63,980 nucleotides of DNA, filler included, from Trypethelium eluteriae (GCA_051942245.1; 4 parts of 4 records of this genome joined end to end with filler, not necessarily neighbours in it), one strand, 5' to 3'. Positions 37,101-48,991 are shown, counted from the first letter of the whole stretch. Program-made: numbers and translations. Notes: a model not told the origin generated them from the sequence alone.

Positions 37101-39455
37101 AATCTGTGAGTCGCCCCTACATTGTTGAGGAGTCATTAAGGAGTGCCTAAAAGAGAGAAAAATAGAGAGGGCCACAATCTACTACATACTGGCATTTCTA
37201 GTCTGTTCACGGGACCTTCTAATCCAACAGTGATCCATGCCACCATGCCATCTCTCCTAAGAAGCCGCAGTGAGTAATCGTCACCCTACTGCGGGGCTAG
37301 GGAGGGAACGGAAGATGGAGAGTCTGCTTCGATGCTATGGAAGATGACTCGCTTTTCCCCTCGCTGTCGCTTGTCTGAGCCGCACATCGGTTATGGCGAG
37401 CGTTGATTCGCTTCACCCTTCCTAGTTGGCGAGTCTCGTCGCCGTTGCGCTAGATTTAGAGTCATCATGAATTGGTGGATTCTGTATGGGCGAATTGGGC
37501 AGGGAAGCACTGTGTTGGGCAATTGCTGGGCAACTGGTCGGCACGAGCCAGTTTCGGGCTGCAGGCTACTGAACTATCCGTTAGGGCCTGCTGGGTAGAG
37601 AAGGATGAAGGAAGAAAGGGGGGGAACAGGCTTTCAATAGTGCTGGCAATGCCGTGACTGGGCGCCAGCGCAATGAATTGAAGAGCAGACAGGTGTTTTC
37701 GCACGATATTGGCTGGGACGACGCACGTAGCCCGAGACTCGGGCATACCGTCCGTCTGTATTTGCTCGAGAGCGAGCCCAGTCTGAGGAGCACAGCGGCG
37801 AGCCTTGGCATTAGCAGGTCCCTTGGCGGCCCACGGAGTACCTGGTACCAGATGAGCCGACCCCAAGACGCCGAATAGGGCAGTTCTGAAGCATGCCGAC
37901 GAGCGTGCACATGGCGCGCCCCCCCAGCATTTCGGCCCGCTGAGGCTGATTTGCTACATGCGGGCAAAAATAGAAAGCCACGCTTAGGCCGCGCTTTCCA
38001 GACCGCCGTCCCGCCGCGCCGGATCTCAGTCATGGTTGTTTGGTCATGGCCCATGGTCCTGCAGCGGCCACGGTCTGTGGTCTTGGTGGTCTTTGGTGAT
38101 CTTGCTCTTGGCTCTGGTCATGGTCATGGTTATGGCTGTTGCGTCGTGCTCATGATGGTGAAGTGAACGCTGACTCCAGCAAAAAATTTCTCGATCCCAC
38201 AGCAGCCACCCCATGTCTAACCCCCTCCCACTTCGCCTGCATGTCCACTTCGGGTCCGGGGGCGTGCCATACCGCTCTCTGCTCCACCGCATTCTCCTCA
38301 GCTCCACGGCGCTTTTTCTCACCGCGGCCATGGCACCCGATTGCATCGTCATATCGGCCGGCTTGGAGCGGGTGCGTCGCAGGCCCATTACCTGGGCGGT
38401 GGAAAATATGTGAAGGTGTGAAGGCGTGAGTGCATCTGCGTCCAAAGTCCAAAGCCCACCTCACGGATGACATCCTTCGGTGAGGCGATCTCCCTAATCC
38501 CCCAACCCAACGCGATGACCACGGCGACTTCGTCATCGGGCTACTAGCCAGCAACCGCCGTGGGAATCGGCACCAGGGTCTATGCATGGCGTCCTAACGC
38601 TTCCGTCCAGAAGAGGCTGTCGGCCCAGGGTGCTGGATGGGATCGTGGGCCACCACGCCAATTCGAGCGGTGCTCAGATTTCCTGGAACGGTAGCAGTGC
38701 ACAGACAAGCAGCCCAGTGTGAGACACGCATGATCCTGGCAGCTCGCGCCTGGCGGCGGAACGAGCAGCACGTCGGAAACGTCAGTCAGGAACGGTAGCA
38801 CCAGGCTATGTCATACGAACGGTATCCTCTCTCATGCTCACCCTTTGGCTAGGAGTCTTAATCGTCCGAACTTTGAAATGGTCTACCATGTACACTCGCT
38901 TCTATTTCGAGCCCCCAGCTCAGGTCGTTGCTCCATAAACTGCCACGCTTGCGTTCAACAAGCCCTTTCTTTTTGCTTTCTCGAACCCATCGTTGGCTGC
39001 AAGGACCCCATCTTTCCAAATTATAAGGCTCGCACTGGGAGCCTCAGATGCTCGACAGCATCGTTGCTGAACACCCACGCTCGCTTCTAGATTGTTCCCC
39101 TTGCACACTCGTTTATACTTGCTCTCTGACGCCACTGCCGCAGCTTTTCTCATCTTTCCCTACCTAGTCTTAAAGGGAGCTAATTAAGCACCGAAAATCT
39201 CCCGATCACGCTTGCTTTTCTCATACCAACCTGGTCCAATCTTCTACCCAGAAGCTAGGGCAAATCGATGTTCTAGGCTAAAACCACCCGAACCTCTGGC
39301 CTCTTTATTTCCATCCAAAACCCTTCTGTCTACCATAGCAATCTTTCTGCGAAAACCAGACCATCCACTTGTACTCCATCCAGCTCCACATCTGGTCACC
39401 TAACCTTTGGATCTTATCAAGCGCATTCACCTGGTTCCGAAGAATCCGTCTGGAA

Positions 39456-41401
39456 ATGGCTGGCCCTGGTGGAGGTCCTTCCCGTCGAAGTCATACTAAA
39501 TCTCGGAAAGGCTGTAAGACTTGCAAGAAAAGACATATTCGCTGTGATGAGACTTTTCCACAATGGTAATTTGACATCCAACTCCGAAAGATTCGATGGT
39601 GTGCGTTGGCGCGCTGAAAGTGTCTCAAGTGCTAATCTTGGTACAGTCGCAATTGCACCAAGCATCAAGTCCGATGTGATTATATGGATAATCCGACAGC
39701 ACCAACTATTGAAGAAATCGCAACGCAACCTCAGCAGCCAAATCTCATGTGGACCCCCGACATTGAGCACAGCGTCGACGTATGGCAGCAAACCGGTCGT
39801 TTTCCCTTTCCCGAACTTCAAATCTACCCGCAACCACACTGGACGGCCTTCTCTCGAGACGATCTTCGTCTACTTTATCATTTGTCCCAGATCTCGAACG
39901 ACATGATTGCGAGCAAATCCTCTAAACTAACCTTGTGGGTTGAGTACATGCCTAGGTCAGCGGTACAGTCAGGTGCAATGTCTCCGTCCAGATGCTGACT
40001 TTCTCTAGATTTATCTCGCTTGCGTCATCTCATTCATTTCTAATGCACGCAGTTCTGGGCTTTTCCGCTACGCATCTTGCTTGGGCGTCCCAATCTCAAG
40101 AAACCAAGAATCTGGCATTTCAGCATAGTGGTATCGCTCTCAATGGATTGCATGATGCGCTTGATGCATTTTCTAAGCAAAATTCGGATGCTGTACTGGC
40201 CGCATCTTTATTGCTGTCATGGCAAGCCAATGATTGGTAGGAAGATATGGCCCCCGTTCGTATTTGCATGAGGGCTGACAGAGTCTCGAAAGGCATGGAT
40301 GGTCTTCCCTTATGAGTGGGATCAAGACGGTAATCGCCGCGACTTGATCACTAGGAACTATTGACTAACTTTAAGTAGGTCCTCTCCAATATGCAACCAT
40401 GGAAGCAAGAGTCAATGTTCGTTGACTACATAACTTCCCAAGGCTTAACAAGCCATCAGTTTTCCGGCCATACTTCTGGAACTCCGGTCACGCCAGACGC
40501 ACGACAACAACATCTTCTTACTTTGCAGAACTTGCATAATTCCCTCCAAAGACTTCAACCTTACTTGATTAGCCATGAGAACATGGCGAGCTGGATTCAG
40601 CAATTGCAGAGCTACATACAACGTCTACAAAGCTCAAGTCCCGCCCAGACAGCAGAACAGCAATTCAGCTACCTTTACGTGCTGCGCAAATGGCTTTTCT
40701 GGGTCCCTATTCAGCTTCTTGGATCGCAACGCCGAGACTTCTCTGTGTTACTCGTACTGGCGTACTTTTACACAACCGCACTTGCCTTGGAGCCGCTATT
40801 TCCTGACGTTGGCGCTAGCTTTTGTGCGAATCTGGGTCTTTGTCCACTTGAGGAGATTATTCGCATTACTGATGCTTTGCAAACGAGCCAATCCTTTGCC
40901 CAGAATGCGCAGGCGGCAGCGACGATGATGGAGCTTTCACGGGAAACAGCAATGTCATATAGGAATCAGATGGATTGGCGCCGACAGCAGATGGAGAGTG
41001 AGGAGTTACAAGCCATCCGCCAGGCCCCAAATCAGGGATTTTCACAATTTGACTTCGACTTCAATGTTTTCAACCCCTCCAAAGTCGGCAGCATGAGCCC
41101 TGCCTTTGCACCATCTCCACTCACACCGGCTTCTATACCGGGAATGGGAGAGCGATCTCCATCGACTTACTACTTGGAAGTGCCTGTTACATATGGGACT
41201 CTCGGAGGTGACACATTCAGTTTGACTACTGGCGCAAGCAGTAGCTATGTGTCTCCATCTGCGTCTCCAGCGTATTCAAGAGCCGGCAGTGTTCCCGGTC
41301 AGGATCACATGGAGGGGATTTACGGCGAGTTCGGCCAAGTGGGTTACATGAGCGCTCCATCTTCCGGGTTCGTACCAGCTCCGTCGACCTTGTGGGCGTG
41401 A
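39456..41401 (+). CDS. Zn(II)2Cys6 transcription factor, Upc2/Ecm22-like group
   Basis: RRSHTKSRKGCKTCKKRHIRCDETFPQC|RNCTKHQVRC (CX2CX6CX6CX2CX6C) split by intron 39566-39646; FLMHAVLGFSATHL and NSDAVLAASLLL; five exons including one of about 37 nt near 40293-40329. Confidence 0.9.
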
Positions 41402-44082
41402 CGATGAAGGCGATAGCCAGACTGAGACGTTCTACGTGTATTTCAGGATTCCTTCAAATCAACGAAGCCCATCGCAATCACACCTAATGCCCCCGGGCGA
41501 TATTTACTGGAAAGGAAAGGAACGGCAACAGTAAGGGCAGGCCCCTTGCCGCCCGACGAACCACGGCGTCAGTACCCCAGCTCCCGATACTCGACCCACC
41601 CGTCGTAAATCCGAAATCCTTAGAGCGACTTTCAATTGTCTTTAAATCTTCACTCATCTTTTGACAATTGGAACAAAATTCATACATGGGGAATGATCTA
41701 CAGCGAAACGACTCCGGGGCCGTTTCCATTCTGAGAACGGCATTACGACTTCTTTTTTCAAATTACTAGCTACAGGCTCGGGCTGGGCAAGAGCCTGCCC
41801 TTGTTCGCCTTCTAACGATACTATTAGTGCACGCCATTTCCTACTATTAATTTATGATACCATTGGAAGCGTTCTTGCATTTGGGACGTCGGATGGAGTA
41901 CTTCTGTTTGCGATTGTATAGAGCGGGTGTCATTTTCGGGTCTTTTGGATACAGATCGAGTTGCTCTGACGCTTTCCTTTTTTGTATAAATTACTAGACT
42001 TTTCTCGGCCTTTTGGGGGATCAAGACAAATTTGTACGCTTTGACACGGCCCGAGCCTGTAGATGAGACGTTTTAGTTGGTCTGAGACTGACACGTAGTC
42101 TTTTAATCAAATTCGGAATGCCGTTGAAATTACTTGGTCGCTATAGTTCAATGGCGATTCGTTGGGCACCCTTTTGTCGCATGTTCTTCCCTCCTGCTGG
42201 CATCAGGCTTCTATGAGGGCAAGGGGTTGAATCCTGCACTACAACTAAACCAATCGCGCCATGTGCCCACCCAACCTACGGCTTGTCGCAAGGTACTAGG
42301 AAGTACACCATACAATTCCGCAGGATTAATATCTATACAACCTCGCTCGCCTAGCCGAAATCCATCCGCAAGAACTTGTCGCACGCTCGCCCTGACTCCA
42401 ATACCCAACACCTGGCCCCGGTAGAATGACTAGTGGTGAGTGATTTCATTCTGATGGTTTCAAGGTATAGGGGAAGCCTGGCCGCCGGGGGCTTTCTGCA
42501 CTGCCGTTCCTACCTAAGTATAGTGGTTTCCTACTTGGGTGAAAAGCAGTGCTCCCCTCTGCGAGGCGGTGCTGCTCCTACACATTAGCGCAGCACAAGG
42601 CAGTTTTGCTCCTCGTATAGACCCTGCGTCGTTCATGAAGAATATTGTTCTGCATAGTGACCAGCCAGGAGATTGGCCCAGGGAATGGAACACACGCGCC
42701 TCACCATTTTGGCTTCAGGGAACGGACATAGATGCCTAGAGTGTCTATCCACGGCATAAACCGTGTTTTAGTCTCAAACAACGTCCCACTGCCATCTCAC
42801 AACGGCATTCCAATGAAGGGAGGAAGACAAGGATAGCAGATCGCGCCAGTGCTCGGCTGCAGGTCAGAGTGGTTTTAGCAGCCAAGCGGATTCTTCGCGC
42901 CGGCTACTCGCGGTATCGCCGGGTTGACGTTAGGAAAGAGGAGACTTTGTAGTCTCCTCAGCCTCTGACACGGAAGAGAGAAAAGCCGAAGAGATGACTG
43001 AGAGTAGCAGTAATAATAAGAGGGGACACTCCGAAGATAGAGGACCGAGAACCAAAATCTGACCCCTGGTGCACGGACCAAGATACGGACTCCCCTTGCT
43101 AGCCTCAGATGGGCTCGTGGACAAAACCACCAAATAGTGAAATGACAAACCCAACGTCAGCCAGCCACAAGGAGCTGACTTTGACACAACAACGATTCGC
43201 CGCACATGGAGAAAGGCAAAGTAATCCGAGCAAACTGCGGAAAGTACGGCGCACTGGAGCGCACGATCCTACGTAACGGTGTTTTACTAGTCTTTACGCC
43301 GTACCGTCCCTTGCTAGACTCCCTCTACCGTATTGTACCATTGTTCCCTTCACAGCCTCCTCAGCTCGGGCCTTGAGTACATAGTCGTTCAACGTGATAA
43401 TATGATCACCCGAACGTGACAATGCACTCCAACAACTCCCGCGTTTTCGCCACACAATCCAGTGGTAGTGACTATCGAAGGAAATCTATCTTGAGACTTG
43501 AGACACTTGGCTGGATTGAAACAAATATGCTGCTATAAACAAACTTGGCACTGTGAGCTCTGATCATGACACTACACGCAGGCAATTTCATTCAGATCCA
43601 CTAATCTATCTCATCTTCACTTTCTTCTACAATCCTTCGCACAAAACAGTAACTAAGTGTATTGCCTCTTTTCGATAGATACACCTACACGGATCAGGTT
43701 AACCCTGATTGGCGATGGAGAATTCTGACAAGGCTTTGCTCTGTCTGAAATAATGGAAAAGGTGTATTGAGTTGGATGCGAGCCTCGCATGTGGAGTTGC
43801 CTGTTGAAGAAGGTGAGTAGATCTTCACGACCTCCACCACCAGCTACACCATGGTGGATCTCCGGTGTACATAAGGTAGATCAGACAAAGCTGATTCAGC
43901 CTAACCTCATTTGCCCGAAAGGCACAAGCAATGCTTTATCGTATTGATAGAGGAGATGGTATATAAGGGTATTCGCGATGAGGCAAGGTTGGAGAAGCTG
44001 TCTGCAGAAGCACTCAATTCATTGTCCACGAGCATTTCGTATCAAAGAACGCACAAACAGAGAATCTAAAAGCTCAACAATA

Positions 44083-44328
44083 ATGTCTTCGCGAAACACC
44101 TCAAACACTGGTTCGGGACAGCGATCTACTCAGTCCGCATCTTCCAGTACGCCAGCCTCCTCTTCATCCGGTTCCTCCTCTCGCACCGCAACTGCCTCCC
44201 CAAGACAACAAACCGGCAGAGGAAGCGACAACTCGGCCATGGATTGGTCCATCCTTCCAGTCGTCGGATTATCAAAAGGAAACCGAGGCTCCGGAGGCTC
44301 CAGTGGCTCGGGTAGCAAGTCTTCGTGA
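44083..44328 (+). CDS. Possible 81-aa Ser/Gly-rich microprotein, antisense to the neighbouring gene's 3' end
   Basis: TATATAA at 43960, A-rich leader, ATG in good context (CAATAATGTC); low-complexity sequence. Confidence 0.35.
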   Translation: MSSRNTSNTGSGQRSTQSASSSTPASSSSGSSSRTATASPRQQTGRGSDNSAMDWSILPVVGLSKGNRGSGGSSGSGSKSS

Positions 44329-46430
44329 TCCGGATATGCGTCTTGAGGTAGAATTTCTGTTTTGGGTGGCTCAATTGTAGGTTGTTCTCCCGGGCTTAAG
44401 CTGGTTGCGGAGCTTTCCACTGCAGCATTCGAGGTCAATGCTGACGATATCTTAGTTACTTGCTCTTTCAATGTCTCAACAATCTCCTCCTCGGCAGGCT
44501 TCAAAGATGACAGTGCAGTGACTTCCATGGCTGGAGGCACTAGACTGTAATCTGCGAGTCGGTCTTGCGTGATCCCGATCTGTTCTGGCGAATTGGCCGC
44601 CCTCGACGCGAGCAGAACTGCTGCAGCAAGAACAAGAGCGAACAACGCAATATTTCTCGAGTCCTGGGCCAGCAGCCATAGATAATTCTTCACAAGATCG
44701 GAAAGAGGAACGTCTGATGGTGATTCTTGGCTCCTTGGCGTTTGAGCTGGATTCTGAAACATCTGGAACAAATTTTCGCACGATACACTCCTTTTCACGG
44801 TACACACTCTCTCAACTGATCTCATATCAGGTCCAATCGTTGAATGCATCTCTTCTCGCGTAACTTGACCCGTCTTTGTTTCAGCTCTGTCCTGCTGTGA
44901 TTCTTGTACACGTTTTCGAGGCTTCAGTCCTTGGCTCAAGTCCGAATATTTGCGGCTTGGGTTCCTGTCGGCGCTGACTGAAAGATCCTTTTCTTCCTCG
45001 TTGCAGTCATCCTTCCCAAGTAGATCATTCATCAATTCCTCATTCTCTTCATCCTCTTCAATTTCTCTAGCCTTTTCATTCAACACTCGCCTCCACTTTT
45101 CTGGCAATGCCACATTAATCTCCACATCAACTCGCTCCATCTCCTGCCATACAGCTTCCCAAACTTGAGTGCCGATCAGTCCATTGGCCGCGTAGACTTT
45201 AACGTCATACCGATTGCTAAGGGCATTGTCACGGACACGCAGGAACTGCCTAGGACGACCACAAGTAGAGCAAATCCTCGCACTCTCGCCTGGTCGCCGA
45301 GAAAGCTGCGGTGTTGGACAGTAGGTCTCGCAGACCGTACCATCTGAATCCTGATCATCTTCGCTTTCCTCGGAGCTATCACACTTTTGCCCACATTTTT
45401 TTCTTTCTTGTTCCGGATCTGGATCGTCGCTTTCACCATCACTCAAGACTTCTGCGGTATTCTCCAAGCCCAAGGTCGTCAATATTCTCTCCAACAGCTC
45501 GTTAAAGTCGTTACGCGGGTGCCTTAACAGGATTCCTCTCTGCCGCACTACAGGTCCTATTTTCTGCATTAACGTCGCTCGACTCGCTTTGTACGTGTTG
45601 AGCACTTTTGATGGCAGCACTTCCGAGAGGAGTGCATCCGAGAATTCGGGTTCAGCTGACTGTAGCACTGTACTATGTAGCAATACAAGTGGTCCCAGTT
45701 GCTGCTTCACTGCCGGCGCCGGATCCTGCGATGCTGTCCCGATCGTCGGCCTCGGCGATCTGGCACCCCTCACGCTTTTTACGCTGCGCGGCGAACCTCT
45801 CTCCGAAGCTCTGGGTGAGTTGCGTAAGCCTGGCGATGCCTGCTGTGGAGAAGATCTATATGCTGGTGGTGACCCGTGGAGTCCACTCTCACCTCGTGCG
45901 CGCTCTTCGCGCCTTCTTACTGTCGCTGACCTGTTTTTGGTACTAGTTTCGATGCGCATGGCGTCCACTGCAGTATTTGGGCTGCGAAACAATGCGCGGT
46001 TGCGGATCGGTGTATATTGGATGGGGTATCTGTCTTCGGATTCCATTTCCGATATCGAAGACATAGTCATCGCGGAGATACGTCTAGATGGTGAGGATTG
46101 AGCTTGAGGATGTTCACCGTGATCTGATATCGCAGAATACTCGGATGGAGGTGCGGGTGAGAAAGTCGAGTCGGATGAAGGGGAGTTGAAGGAGACATCG
46201 GAGGAGTGGTCTGGTGGTTGGTTTTCGGAATCTGAGTGTTCATCCTGCTCTTTGGCTGGTTCGCGATGTGTCTTTGCTGGGTAGATTGAATCATTGTTGC
46301 CGCCGACCGGTATAGAACGTGTTATTAGTTCGTCAAACGATTGATCAATGTCAGAATCTGGTGTCGGTAGACCCGCCGCTGGATCTTCAAGAATTGCAAA
46401 GGAAAGAGAAGGCTCGCGCTTCATTGCCAT
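44130..46430 (-). CDS. Conserved fungal hypothetical protein with a C-terminal transmembrane segment
   Basis: Long intronless ORF, probable start MAMKREPS at 46430; conserved-looking blocks PLVLLHSTVL, GILLRHPRNDFNELLERIL and VKVYAANGL..WQEMERVDVEI. Confidence 0.8.
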   Translation of the reverse strand: MAMKREPSLSFAILEDPAAGLPTPDSDIDQSFDELITRSIPVGGNNDSIYPAKTHREPAKEQDEHSDSENQPPDHSSDVSFNSPSSDSTFSPAPPSEYSAISDHGEHPQAQSSPSRRISAMTMSSISEMESEDRYPIQYTPIRNRALFRSPNTAVDAMRIETSTKNRSATVRRREERARGESGLHGSPPAYRSSPQQASPGLRNSPRASERGSPRSVKSVRGARSPRPTIGTASQDPAPAVKQQLGPLVLLHSTVLQSAEPEFSDALLSEVLPSKVLNTYKASRATLMQKIGPVVRQRGILLRHPRNDFNELLERILTTLGLENTAEVLSDGESDDPDPEQERKKCGQKCDSSEESEDDQDSDGTVCETYCPTPQLSRRPGESARICSTCGRPRQFLRVRDNALSNRYDVKVYAANGLIGTQVWEAVWQEMERVDVEINVALPEKWRRVLNEKAREIEEDEENEELMNDLLGKDDCNEEEKDLSVSADRNPSRKYSDLSQGLKPRKRVQESQQDRAETKTGQVTREEMHSTIGPDMRSVERVCTVKRSVSCENLFQMFQNPAQTPRSQESPSDVPLSDLVKNYLWLLAQDSRNIALFALVLAAAVLLASRAANSPEQIGITQDRLADYSLVPPAMEVTALSSLKPAEEEIVETLKEQVTKISSALTSNAAVESSATSLSPGEQPTIEPPKTEILPQDAYPDHEDLLPEPLEPPEPRFPFDNPTTGRMDQSMAELSLPLPVCCLGEAVAVREEEPDEEEAGVLEDAD

Positions 46431-46894
46431 CGCATGACTCTTGTGTAATGCTGAGAATGTAGGAATGCTGTAGGTGATTGCCCGAGCCTCAAGAACCGCT
46501 CCTAGTGGATCAAAATCGGTGGTGCACCCGCGGGCATAAACAGATCGCGGCAGGGACCCGGTTGTCCTGACAACGCAATTATCTCCCCCTTTTGAGCTAA
46601 ACCCGACGGCAAATCCATCCCGGACTCCATCCCCACACAATGGTGCTATCGTTCCCCGCGTACCTGATTCCCAATGCCTGTCAACGACGTCAGGGTATCT
46701 GCAATAAGTACTGGACTTAGGCAAATGAGCATCATAGTCTACCCAGTAAGTCCAAGGGTTTCATCGTTCTGCGATCATGACGTTTTTCGTCAACAAAGGA
46801 CCGAATACAGCCGAGTTATGGTTAAATACTCAATTTCTCCTCATAAAGATGAAGTTTCGCGAGCCTCCCCTTTTCTCAGGTCGAAATCAAGATC

Positions 46895-48533
46895 ATGGCG
46901 CCTTCTCATATCGTCAGAGCGACTTTCATTGGCCTAATAATTAGCTACATTTCCGTAGCGGCAGCAGTGAAGACCCTCACCATTAACACTTCTGTCGGGA
47001 CGGTCTCTGGTTTCATCAATGGCAGCACACCTGGTGTTGCCGAATTCTATGGCATTCCTTTCGCAGAGCCTCCCGTTGGAGATCTAAGATGGGAACCGGC
47101 TGTTCCAAAATCACCAGTGAACGGGACAATTGACGCAACATCCTTTAGCCCTTCTTGTCCCCAGTATGCTTCTTCAATTCCTTCAGTATACAACACAGAT
47201 GCGCCTCAATTTGTGATATCAGGCCCTACGTCCGAGGACTGTCTGACGTTGAATGTTTGGGCCCCGTATCAATCTTCATGGGACTGTAACAGCACTGCAC
47301 AGTACGGACAAGGGCAGCAGGAGCTTCTCCCGGTACTAGTCTGGATTTATGGAGGTGGTTTTCAGACGGGCGGTGGGCAGATCGAGTATCAGATCCCCGC
47401 TCAATGGGTTCAGAGAACCGGCCGACATATTGTCATTGGCATCAAGTACGTTTTTCCATTAAGTCCATGACCGTGGCTACCGATTTCCTGTATCAGTCCT
47501 GGCATCCAAGCTTACATTTTTCAGTTACCGCCTCAACATTTTCGGTTTCCCCCAGTCCGGCGCAATTCCCCTCTCCGATCAAAATCTTGGACTTCTTGAC
47601 CAACGCGTCGCCCTTGAATGGGTACGGACCAACGCCCACGCCTTCGGAGGCGACGCCTCCCGGATCACCATTTGGGGTCAATCTGCCGGCGCCGAATCCG
47701 TCGATTACTACAATTTCGCCTACCCAACTGACCCCATCATTGCGGGCCTCATCCTCGATTCCGGTAGTGCCCTCTTACCCGCTGGGAACGTTGCCCCAGC
47801 CACCAGCAATTTCACCTTTGTCGCCGCACACTTCAACTGCACAGGATCTGACCAAGCGCAACTCTCTTGCCTTAAGAAGGTCCCGCAAGCCGACATCGAG
47901 GCATTCCTGAAAGCGTATGGAGACGCGGGGACGGCGCCGGGCTTGTCCTTTAACCAGGTCGTCGACAACCGCACGAGATTCGCAAACTACACAGCCCGCG
48001 CGCTCGCAGGCAACTTCACCAAGAAGCCTGCTATCCTTGGCACGAATGCGGATGAAGGGCGCTCGCTGGTATCATTTAACCCTAATGGAGTGAATATAAC
48101 CGCTGCGAACATGACCACCCTAAATGAGTTCTTGTGCCCAGCAGACCTGACGACAACCAATCGGTATGCGGTAGGCGTGCCGACACACCGATATCTGTAC
48201 GCAGGAAACTTTAGTAATATTGCTCCAAGGCCGTGGGAAGGAGCTTATCATTCGTCGGAGCTGCCGCTTATCTTTGGCACATCGGGGATTGCTCGTGGTG
48301 CAAGTACGCCGTTTGAGCTTGCTGTGTCCAGACAGATGCAGGACTATTATCTAGATTTCATTTCCGACCCGGTGAATGGGTTGAGTAAAGCTGGCTGGCC
48401 TGAGTACAAGCCTGGTGGGCAGGCTCTGGAGTTTGCATTTAATGGTGTCGTCGTTCAGAATATATCTACCAATATTTTGGAGGAGCCTTGCAACGGGGCT
48501 GTTGGAAAGCCAGGCGCGGTACCCCCAGTATGA
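46895..48533 (+). CDS. Secreted type-B carboxylesterase/lipase
   Basis: Signal peptide, GIPFAEPPVGDLRW, SEDCLTLNVW, WIYGGGF, intron 47446-47524, nucleophile GQSAG, GTNADEG, GAYHSSEL. Confidence 0.93.
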
Positions 48534-48718
48534 GAATCTGCAGCTATCGGATGCCAAAATAGAGTTTTCAATATCTTGCTCCAGGCATGCAAAGATATCT
48601 TCAATACTTAATCTCTGCAGCTAAAAGCCATATCAACAAAAATCGAGAAAACCTAATTTTAATCGAAAAGGCTCTGTGGACTGTAACGGTGACCACCGGG
48701 GCAGAATAAGAAGAGATT

Positions 48719-48741
48719 AAAAAAAAAAGGAAAAAAAAAAA
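48719..48741 (-). terminator. Pol III-type oligo-T terminator downstream of the tRNA
   Basis: T11-CC-T10 on the minus strand starting 22 nt after the discriminator base. Confidence 0.7.
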
Positions 48742-48763
48742 GGTGTTTTGCCAGTGGATTTAC

Positions 48764-48954
48764 TGCCAACTACTGGAATCGAACTAACAAAGGTTAAGCA
48801 CGATACGAATACGTTTGACAGTATTAAGCCTACCCAGTGATCTTCGCATATCATATTGAGCAATACAAGTGCGACGCGTTACCACTGCGCCAAGCTGAGA
48901 GATCTGTCAACGCCTCTGAAATCTACACGGGGCGCCATTCGCTGCTTACCTGGC
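48764..48954 (-). tRNA. tRNA-Thr(UGU) split into 4 exons: two GT-AG spliceosomal-type introns plus one canonical tRNA intron
   Basis: Exons 48954-48950, 48894-48864, 48849-48834 and 48783-48764 join to GCCAGCT TG GCGC AGTGGTA ACGC G TCGCA CT-TGT-AA TGCGA AGATC ACTGG TTCGATT CCAGT AGTTGGC A, a 72-nt cloverleaf with paired acceptor, anticodon and T stems. Confidence 0.85.
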
Positions 48955-48983
48955 AAGACAAGTACGTAAAGTCTCAATTAAAA

Positions 48984-48991
48984 TATATATA
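48984..48991 (-). promoter_or_regulatory. TATA box about 30 bp upstream of the tRNA 5' end
   Basis: TATATATA on the minus strand at -37 to -30 relative to 48954. Confidence 0.55.

Noticed and set aside
48764..48899. Plain tRNA pseudogene or tRNA-derived SINE
   Set aside because: Both insertions have precise GT/branch/AG ends and the spliced product pairs properly, which random decay would be unlikely to give. Not excluded without RNA data.
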